The notes under the pieces were generated by a model. The model made no database searches, was not told the origin of the DNA, and saw only the letters and a program-made list of their open reading frames with translations. Positions 52,387 to 64,000 of a stretch of 64,000 bases of DNA are shown here, in pieces. The translations under genes were made by a program, and so were the position numbers. Location: contig CAVSNY010000005.1 in the NCBI GenBank assembly GCA_963729605.1, positions 87,318-151,317 on the forward strand. Direction: 5' to 3'. This stretch comes from an uncultured Gammaproteobacteria bacterium. Lineage in GTDB: Bacteria > Pseudomonadota > Gammaproteobacteria > DRLM01. Each line of letters starts with the position of its first letter. Positions within the stretch are counted from its first letter, which is position 1.

Positions 52387-52866
52387 TTATGCGGCGGGCA
52401 GGAGCAAGGCCACCGCATGCGCGGCAATGCCTTCGCCGCGGCCGGTGAAACCCATGCCTTCGGTGGTGGTGGCCTTGATGTTGATTTGATCTTCATGCAC
52501 CGTCAGATCGGCGGCCAGACACTGGCGCATCGCCGCCACGTACGGCATCAATTTCGGGTGTTGCGCGACGACGGTGATATCGATATTGCCGATCCGCAAT
52601 GACTGCCCGCGCAACAAGACGGCGACCTTGCGCAACAGGATGCGGCTGTCGATGTTTTCATAATCTTTGCTGCTATCGGGGAAGTGGCGGCCGATGTCGC
52701 CGAGGGCCGCGGCGCCCAGCAAGGCGTCGCACAAGGCGTGGATCAACACGTCGCCGTCGGAGTGGGCGAGCAGACCGCGCTCATAGGGAATGGTGACGCC
52801 GCCCAACACCAGGGGGCGGCCGGGACCGAAACGGTGGGCATCGTAACCGTGACCGATACGCATCAC
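52387..52866 (-). CDS. ispF: 2-C-methyl-D-erythritol 2,4-cyclodiphosphate synthase
   Basis: [12 protein letters not shown]...[19 protein letters not shown]...GDIG. Overlaps ispD by 4 nt (ATGA). Confidence 0.9.
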   Translation of the reverse strand: MMRIGHGYDAHRFGPGRPLVLGGVTIPYERGLLAHSDGDVLIHALCDALLGAAALGDIGRHFPDSSKDYENIDSRILLRKVAVLLRGQSLRIGNIDITVVAQHPKLMPYVAAMRQCLAADLTVHEDQINIKATTTEGMGFTGRGEGIAAHAVALLLPAA

Positions 52867-53558
52867 GCGGACTCCTGTTGTTGCAAATACAATTCGGCCA
52901 AGGCCAGATCCTGCGGGCGGGTGATTTTAATATTGTCGGCGTGACCTTCCACCATGCGCGGGGTATAACCCGCCGCCTCGATCGCCTGCGCCTCGTCGGT
53001 GACCAGCAGGTTTTTACTCAAGGCCTGTTCCAACGCACCGCGCAGCAGCCCGAGACGGAACATCTGCGGAGTGAGCGCGCGCCACAGGCCGTCGCGCTGC
53101 ACGGTCTCCAGCACATTACCGTCGCGGTCGGTACGCTTCATGGTATCCGCCACCGGCAAACCCAGCAGCCCGCCGACCGGGTGAGCGCGCAACTCGTCGA
53201 TGAGCCGGGTGATATCCGCCCCGCGCACGCAGGGCCGCGCCGCGTCGTGCACCAACACCCAATCGTCGGCGGCGGCCTGCTCCGCCAGAACGGCCAAGCC
53301 GTTGAACACCGAATGACAGCGTTCGGCGCCGCCGGCCATGCTCAACGCGATTTTCGGTTCCGGCAGCGTCAGGCGCCGAACGTATTGATCGCCGGGCGCG
53401 ACCACTACTATCACCCCCTGTATGAGCGGATGGCGGGCGATACGCTGCACCGTGTGCTCCAACACGGTTTTGCCGGACAAGGGGAGATATTGTTTGGGCA
53501 AGGCGGCGCCCATCCGGCTGCCGCTCCCCGCGGCGGGGATCACCGCCCAGAAACGCAT
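52863..53558 (-). CDS. ispD: 2-C-methyl-D-erythritol 4-phosphate cytidylyltransferase
   Basis: [21 protein letters not shown] plus VLVHDAARP. Start at MRFWAV. Confidence 0.9.
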   Translation of the reverse strand: MRFWAVIPAAGSGSRMGAALPKQYLPLSGKTVLEHTVQRIARHPLIQGVIVVVAPGDQYVRRLTLPEPKIALSMAGGAERCHSVFNGLAVLAEQAAADDWVLVHDAARPCVRGADITRLIDELRAHPVGGLLGLPVADTMKRTDRDGNVLETVQRDGLWRALTPQMFRLGLLRGALEQALSKNLLVTDEAQAIEAAGYTPRMVEGHADNIKITRPQDLALAELYLQQQESA

Positions 53559-53634
53559 TACAGTGGAATGTCGGTGCGGAGACACGGCTCAGTCCAGCGT
53601 GATATTCAGCGGGCGGGCCGGAGTAAAGTCCGGC

Positions 53635-53907
53635 TCACCGGTCGATGACCCGAAAAAAACTTTCATTGTGTTTGATCATGCCCAGCTCGAGGCGGGCACG
53701 CTCTTCCACCGCGTCCATGCCGTGCTTGAGATCGGCGACTTCCGCGTCCAGCGCGAGATTACGTTCCTTGAGCGCGGCGTTTTCCTTTTCCTGGGCCGCG
53801 ATGGCGCGATGCAATTGATACACCTCGGCGAAGCTGCCGCCGCCCACCCACAATTTGACTTGCAGCAGCACCAGCAGCACGCTGAGCGTTACGACGATCC
53901 ACTTCAT
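53635..53907 (-). CDS. ftsB: cell division protein FtsB
   Basis: Single N-terminal TM plus coiled-coil (QEKENAALKERNLALDAEVADLK). Conserved position between eno and ispD. Confidence 0.8.
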   Translation of the reverse strand: MKWIVVTLSVLLVLLQVKLWVGGGSFAEVYQLHRAIAAQEKENAALKERNLALDAEVADLKHGMDAVEERARLELGMIKHNESFFRVIDR

Positions 53908-53975
53908 TGCGGTTGGCGGCCTCCCCGGGTTCGCGTCACTTTAACGCGGCGGGGAGTTCGCGGCAAGCTTGGACT

Positions 53976-55262
<1,287 letters not shown>

Positions 55263-55338
55263 TTACTCCATCTCTCAAAATTAAATTTAAGGTGCATTTC
55301 AGACACCAAACAAGGGCGCGCATGGCGCGCCACTGTCG

Positions 55339-56175
55339 TTAATCCAGGTGCATCTCCGCGAAACCGCGCGCCTTGACGATTTGATCGAGTTCTTTCAACA
55401 CCGACAACAATTCTTCCATGCGTCTCAGCGGCCAGGCATTGGGGCCGTCGCTGAGCGCTTTCGCGGGATCGGGATGGGTCTCCATGAACACGCCGGCCAC
55501 CCCCGCCGCCACCGCCGCGCGCGCCAGCACCGGCACGAATTCGCGCTGGCCGCCCGACTTGCCGCCGGCGCCGCCGGGCAGTTGCACCGAATGGGTGGCG
55601 TCGAACACCACCGGGCAACCGGTGTCGCGCATCACCGCCAAGGAACGCATGTCGGAGACCAGATTATTGTAGCCGAAGGACACGCCGCGCTCGCAGACCA
55701 TGATCTGCCGATTACCGACCGCCTTGGCCTTTTCCGCGACGTGCTTCATATCCCACGGCGCGAGGAACTGGCCTTTTTTGATGTTGACCGGTTTGCCCTG
55801 GCGCGCGACGTTTTGAATGAAATTAGTCTGGCGGCACAGAAACGCCGGCGTCTGCAGCACGTCCACTACGGACGCGACTTCGGCCAGCGGCGTGTCTTCA
55901 TGCACATCGGTGAGCACCGGCACCTGCAATTGCTGCTTCACCTTCTCCAGTATCTTCAAGCCGCCTTCGAGACCGGGGCCGCGGAAGCTCGCCACCGAGG
56001 TGCGGTTGGCCTTGTCGAAGGACGATTTGTAGATGAACGGGATACCCAATTTGCCGGTAAGCTCTTTGAGCATGCCCGCGGTTTCGAGCGCGAGGCCTTC
56101 GCTCTCGATGACGCAGGGACCGGCGATCAGGAACAGCGGGCGGTCCAGCCCGGCTTCGAAATCACAGAGTTTCAT
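55339..56175 (-). CDS. kdsA: 3-deoxy-8-phosphooctulonate (KDO8P) synthase
   Basis: [25 protein letters not shown]...[10 protein letters not shown]...[16 protein letters not shown] at 56175, preceded by GGGAGA. Confidence 0.9.
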   Translation of the reverse strand: MKLCDFEAGLDRPLFLIAGPCVIESEGLALETAGMLKELTGKLGIPFIYKSSFDKANRTSVASFRGPGLEGGLKILEKVKQQLQVPVLTDVHEDTPLAEVASVVDVLQTPAFLCRQTNFIQNVARQGKPVNIKKGQFLAPWDMKHVAEKAKAVGNRQIMVCERGVSFGYNNLVSDMRSLAVMRDTGCPVVFDATHSVQLPGGAGGKSGGQREFVPVLARAAVAAGVAGVFMETHPDPAKALSDGPNAWPLRRMEELLSVLKELDQIVKARGFAEMHLD

Positions 56176-56180
56176 GGCGA

Positions 56181-57878
<1,698 letters not shown>

Positions 57879-58029
57879 TTACTCAATGGAGACGCTCTAA
57901 CTTAAACGGCATGCAAGGCCGGGTCGGAACGCGATCATGCCGGGCCTCCGCCGTGCGCCGGCGGCGATGGATCGGCACGCCGCGCTTAAAACATTTCTTC
58001 ATAAGCAGGGGAAAAGCAAACCCTCTCGC

Positions 58030-58061
58030 AATAAAAGGCCGGGTTCCCCCGGCCTTTTATT
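58030..58061. terminator. bidirectional rho-independent terminator
   Basis: AATAAAA-GGCCGGG-TTCC-CCCGGCC-TTTTATT. A T-run flanks the 7-bp GC stem on both strands. It sits downstream of the minus-strand BI-1 gene and insulates pyrG. Confidence 0.7.
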
Positions 58062-58088
58062 ATCGAACTAGAACGCTGCGTTTACAGC

Positions 58089-58823
58089 TTATTCATCACT
58101 GTTCGCCGCGCCCAGCAGGTGCAACAGGCTGGTGAATAAATTGTAGATGGCCACGTAGAGCGAAACGGTGGCGAGGATGTAGTTGGTCTCGCCGCCGTTG
58201 ATGATGCGACTGGTCTCGAACAGGATCAGGCCGCACATCAGCAGGACGAACATCGCGGAGATCGCCAAGGCCACGCCGGGCAGCGCCACGCCGAACAGCG
58301 AGGCCACCAACACCGCGATGGCACCGAGAAAGGCGACCATGATGCCGGCGAACAGGAAACCGCCCAAAAAGTTGAAGTCCTTACGGGTGGTCAACACGTA
58401 GGCGGACAAACCGAGGAAGATGGCGCCGGTGCCGCCCATGGCCATCATCACGATCTGCGGGCCGTTGGCCATGCCGAGGTAGTGATTCAGGATGGGCCCC
58501 AAACCGAAACCCAACAGGCCGGTGACGGCGAACACTACGCCCAGGCCCGCGGCGGAATCGGCGGTGCGGGGTACGACGAACCACAACAACGCTAAGGCTC
58601 CCACCGAGCACAGCAGGCTGACGATGGGGGATACGTTCAAGGCCATGGAGACACCCGCCGTGACCGCGCTGAACAACAGCGTCATGGCAAGCAGCGCGTA
58701 GGTATTACGCAATACCTTATTGGTATCAGCGGCCAGTTGAGCCCCGCCGCGCGTGGTGGCTACGGATTGCTGATAAGGATTCATGGTGAAATAACCTCCT
58801 AGTGGACTCGATGTGATATTCAA
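58089..58823 (-). CDS. Bax inhibitor-1/YccA family inner-membrane protein
   Basis: Seven-TM profile with the BI-1 signature ...MAMGGTGAIFLGLSAYVLTT...ILATVSLYVAIYNLFTSLLHLLG. The true start may be MNPYQQS. Confidence 0.8.
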   Translation of the reverse strand: MNITSSPLGGYFTMNPYQQSVATTRGGAQLAADTNKVLRNTYALLAMTLLFSAVTAGVSMALNVSPIVSLLCSVGALALLWFVVPRTADSAAGLGVVFAVTGLLGFGLGPILNHYLGMANGPQIVMMAMGGTGAIFLGLSAYVLTTRKDFNFLGGFLFAGIMVAFLGAIAVLVASLFGVALPGVALAISAMFVLLMCGLILFETSRIINGGETNYILATVSLYVAIYNLFTSLLHLLGAANSDE

Positions 58824-59017
58824 TTAGGGCCTAGCTTACCGGCGCTCGCTACAAAAAACCAGCTTGGGACAGACTCGCAACCCGCCAGGCATCGCGAATT
58901 TCCCAGCCCGCCAAAAACCCGCCCATCTTCAAGGTAACTTCGTGTGAATACTGATATCCCCAGGAATATGAACGAGCTCGTGATCGAACCGATCTGACCA
59001 CCGGACGTCCCACAAGT

Positions 59018-59917
59018 TCAGCTTGCGGCCCCTGCTTTGCTGGCCATCCCCTGCCGGCCGGCGATCCACGCCCCGGCCAAGATGAAGGCGCCGCCCATCC
59101 ATTCGCGGGCACCCAGCATCTCCCCCGCCAACCATTGCGCCGACACGGCACCGACCAACACTTCGAGCAATAAAATCACCGAGGAGCGGTGCACCGGCAA
59201 ACGCGTCACCCCATACACCAAACAAAGGCTGGCCAAGGCCACGCCGAACATCCCGAGCAGCAGGGCCACCGGCAAGGCCGCGCCGCGCCACTCCGCCGCA
59301 CCGCCGACGCCCGCCGCCGCCAAGCCCCCCGCCAGCAAACTCACGCCGACCCACGGCACCACGGTCTTCAAGGCGATGGACACGCCGTCGGCCTTGCGGA
59401 TGAGCACGTTGGCCAAACCAAACCCGACACCGGACGACAAGGCCAGCACATCGGCGCGGCCCTGCGGCCAAGGCATGCCCAACTGCGGGTCCCATAAAAC
59501 CACCAGCGCCCCGCCCAGCGCCAGTACCAGGGTGACCCACGCCCCCGCCGGCAAACGCTCGCGCAATAACAGCCGGGCCAGCAACACCGCCCATACCGGC
59601 GAGAGATAAAACAACAACAGTACCCGCACCACTTGGCCGTCGACGATGGCGAGAATGAAGGCGGTGTTGCACCAGCCGCTGGCCAGGGCCAGGGCCAGCA
59701 ACAAACCCGCCCGCCGCGCGATATGCTCGCGCTGCCGCCACAACCAGGGCAAACCAAGTACGCAGGCCGCGCCGAACAAAACGAAGGTCGCCCACAAACC
59801 CGGCATGCCCTGCTGCTCCAGCCAGCGCAGCGGCCACCACACCACTCCCCAAAAAGTAGCGCTGACCAGCAAGGCGAGCACGGGCAATAAGTCGGATCTC
59901 GGGTTGGTCGGCATCAA
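59018..59917 (-). CDS. DMT-superfamily (EamA-like) transporter
   Basis: Ten predicted TM helices in two EamA halves. Gly/Ala/Leu-rich. Confidence 0.8.
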   Translation of the reverse strand: MMPTNPRSDLLPVLALLVSATFWGVVWWPLRWLEQQGMPGLWATFVLFGAACVLGLPWLWRQREHIARRAGLLLALALASGWCNTAFILAIVDGQVVRVLLLFYLSPVWAVLLARLLLRERLPAGAWVTLVLALGGALVVLWDPQLGMPWPQGRADVLALSSGVGFGLANVLIRKADGVSIALKTVVPWVGVSLLAGGLAAAGVGGAAEWRGAALPVALLLGMFGVALASLCLVYGVTRLPVHRSSVILLLEVLVGAVSAQWLAGEMLGAREWMGGAFILAGAWIAGRQGMASKAGAAS

Positions 59918-60090
59918 GGGATGTCCTATACTGGGCGGGCTCGCGTCATCATGACGTCGTATGCCGAGGTGAATGCAAATTTGGGGCGGGCCGTCCCGCG
60001 CACCGGCGAGCCGGGCGAGGGTTCCTCATCCCGGAACATGATAACGGACTGCCGCCGGCCCTGTTGAGCTAAAACTTTTGATAAACCACC

Positions 60091-61287
60091 ATGAATCCCG
60101 ATCTGCACAAATTACAAGCCTACCCTTTCGAAAAACTCGCCGCGCTCAAGGCCGGCCTCACGCCGCCCGCCGATAAAACCGGCATCGCCCTGTCCATCGG
60201 CGAACCCCAGCACAGCGCGCCCGCCTTCGTGGTCGATGCGCTCATCAATCATGTGCAGGGCCTCGCCCATTACCCGCTCACCAAAGGTACGCTCGCCTTG
60301 CGCGAGGCCATCGCCGCCTGGCTGACGCGGCGCTTCGCGCTGCCGGCCGGCGCCCTCGATCCCGAACGCCATGTCATCCCGGTCAACGGCACCCGCGAGG
60401 CCCTGTTCTCCTTCGCGCAGGCGGTGATCGACCGCGCCACGCGACCGCTGGTGGTGATGCCCAATCCGTTTTATCAAATCTACGAAGGCGCCGCCTTGCT
60501 GGCCGGCGCCGAGCCGTGGTTTCACAACACCACCGCCGACACCGGTTTCGTTCCCGAGTTCGCCGCCGTACCCGCCGAGGTGTGGCGGCGCGCGCAACTG
60601 GTCTATCTCTGTTCGCCCGGCAACCCCACCGGCGCGGTGGCCGACGAGACCGCCCTGCGGCGGCTCATCGCCCTCGCCGACCAGCACGACTTCATCATCG
60701 CCGCCGACGAGTGTTATTCGGAAATCTATCCCGACGAACAACGCCCGCCGCTGGGCCTGCTCGAAGTCTGCCAACGGATGGGCCGCGACGACTTCCGCCG
60801 CTGCGTGGTCTTTCACAGCCTGTCCAAACGCTCCAACCTGCCGGGCCTGCGTTCCGGCTTCGTGGCCGGCGATGCAGAGATACTCAAACACTATCTGCGC
60901 TACCGCACCTATCACGGCTGCGCCCTGCCTCCGCCGGTGCAGGCGGCCAGCATCGCGGCCTGGGGCGACGAACGGCATGTGCGCGCCAACCGCGATCTCT
61001 ACCGGCAAAAATTCAGCGCGGTGTTGGATATCCTCCAACCGGTGCTGGAGGTCTCCGCCCCCGACGCCAGCTTCTATCTCTGGCCGCGCACGCCCATCGA
61101 TGAACAAGACTTCGCCCGACGGCTGTTCGCCGCCCAGCACGTCACCGTGCTGCCGGGTAGCTATTTATCCCGCGAGGCCCACGGGCTCAATCCCGGCCGC
61201 AACCGGATCCGCATAGCCCTGGTGCCGCCCCTGGCGGACTGCATCGAGGCCGCCCGCCGCATCCGCGAATTCGTCGCCACACTTTAA
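60091..61287 (+). CDS. dapC: succinyldiaminopimelate aminotransferase (class I PLP aminotransferase, DapC-type)
   Basis: MNPDLHKLQAYPFEKLAALKA is a DapC-type N-terminus. The PLP lysine region is SLSKRSNLPGLRSGF. Located next to dapD and dapE. Confidence 0.8.
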   Translation: MNPDLHKLQAYPFEKLAALKAGLTPPADKTGIALSIGEPQHSAPAFVVDALINHVQGLAHYPLTKGTLALREAIAAWLTRRFALPAGALDPERHVIPVNGTREALFSFAQAVIDRATRPLVVMPNPFYQIYEGAALLAGAEPWFHNTTADTGFVPEFAAVPAEVWRRAQLVYLCSPGNPTGAVADETALRRLIALADQHDFIIAADECYSEIYPDEQRPPLGLLEVCQRMGRDDFRRCVVFHSLSKRSNLPGLRSGFVAGDAEILKHYLRYRTYHGCALPPPVQAASIAAWGDERHVRANRDLYRQKFSAVLDILQPVLEVSAPDASFYLWPRTPIDEQDFARRLFAAQHVTVLPGSYLSREAHGLNPGRNRIRIALVPPLADCIEAARRIREFVATL

Positions 61288-61355
61288 AACGCAGCGAGTG
61301 ACCAATCCGTTATAATGTCGCCCTTTCGGCGGCCAGCGGGCCGCCGTAACGTTAA

Positions 61356-62189
<834 letters not shown>

Positions 62190-62190
62190 G

Positions 62191-62541
62191 ATGATGGTCC
62201 TCTACGGCATCAAGAATTGCGACACGGTGAAAAAGGCGCGCCGCTGGCTGGATGGGCACGGCGTCGCCTACCGCTTTCACGATTTTCGCGCCGACGGTCT
62301 CGACGAAAAACAGCTCGCGCGCTGGGTGAAACAACTCGGCTGGGAAACGGTGCTCAATCGCCGCGGCACGAGTTGGCGCGGATTGAGCGAGGCGCAGCGC
62401 GCACAGGTAGTCGATGCGCGCGGCGCCATCGCCGCAATACTGACGCAACCGGCGCTGATCAAGCGGCCGGTGCTTGAAAACGGCGGCGTATTGCATATCG
62501 GCTTTGCCGAAACCGATTACGCCGCGCTGTTCAAAAAATAA
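62191..62541 (+). CDS. ArsC/Spx-family protein (YffB-like)
   Basis: MMVLYGIKNCDTVKKARRWLDGHGVAYRFHDF has the CxxT/ K..RRWL thioredoxin-like ArsC family signature. 116 aa. Confidence 0.8.
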   Translation: MMVLYGIKNCDTVKKARRWLDGHGVAYRFHDFRADGLDEKQLARWVKQLGWETVLNRRGTSWRGLSEAQRAQVVDARGAIAAILTQPALIKRPVLENGGVLHIGFAETDYAALFKK

Positions 62542-63711
<1,170 letters not shown>

Positions 63712-63825
63712 CGCAGGCGGTCAGACCGGCTACTCTTATGAGGGCTAATGGTTTTCGAGTCGCGTCCGAAAACTCTGTAAGACCCCTGCTGGTGGCCTGT
63801 AATCCTACATATCGCAAAAGGGTGG

Positions 63826-64000
63826 CTATGGAACAGGACGATATCTCAAAAGAACGGCGGCTGTTCTCCCGTATTCCTTTTAATGGCAGCGTCACCCTCA
63901 TCAGCGACGAAGGCCGTTGGGTCTGCAACCTGGTGGACATTTCGCTCAAAGGCGTCTTGATCGACCAACCCGAGGGGTGGGCCGGCAAAATAGGGCAGTC
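63826..64000 (+). CDS. PilZ-domain protein, N-terminal fragment (runs off window end)
   Basis: My own translation: MEQDDISKERRLFSRIPFNGSVTLISDEGRWVCNLVDISLKGVLIDQPEGW. It has the PilZ c-di-GMP-binding motifs RRxxxR (RRLFSR) and DxSxxG (DISLKG). Confidence 0.6.

Overview
This is a 64-kb window from a high-GC (~65%) chromosome that looks gammaproteobacterial. Most of it is conserved housekeeping backbone, and the gene order closely resembles Pseudomonas. On the minus strand the order is gyrA-serC-serA-like-pheA-aroF-tyrA-aroA-cmk-rpsA-ihfB-lapA-lapB-pyrF. Further along come mtnA / OmpA-like / mtaD-ubiG-gph-rmuC, then truD-ispF-ispD-ftsB-eno-kdsA-pyrG, and finally dapC-dapD-arsC-like-dapE. Three things are embedded in this backbone. 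First, the 5' end (1..~5500, extending functionally to ~11200) is a clearly lower-GC, probably horizontally acquired polysaccharide locus. It carries two SAM-methyltransferases, three GT4 glycosyltransferases, a frameshifted Wzz-like chain-length determinant, a solo MNT-type nucleotidyltransferase, a large multi-SLBB Wza-like exporter and Wzi. Second, there is a hopanoid-precursor operon hpnCDE followed by a c-di-GMP-centred stretch. That stretch holds an orphan GspE/PilB-like ATPase with MshEN-type c-di-GMP-binding motifs, a GAF-GGDEF cyclase, a Crp/Fnr regulator, a 1132-aa PAS-GGDEF-EAL protein and a PilZ fragment at the window edge. The agmatine deiminase pathway (aguAB) and a second, divergent type-I-beta DAHP synthase lie in the same stretch. 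Third, there are several families of intergenic repeats. The polysaccharide locus has large palindrome-rich tandem arrays at 8.6-9.8 kb and 12.1-13.1 kb. A ~157-bp MITE-like element with TTAAGGAA terminal inverted repeats occurs in three copies. A ~120-bp repeat occurs in two copies. Three apparent single-base frameshifts in conserved genes (wzz, mtaD, ubiG N-terminus) may be real pseudogenisation or may be assembly indels. I found no canonical defence system, CRISPR array, tRNA or rRNA. The most unusual material is the repeat architecture, the MITE-like element, the orphan MshEN-ATPase/GGDEF module, and a ~0.9-kb low-GC island of decayed ORFs between the PAS-GGDEF-EAL gene and truD.
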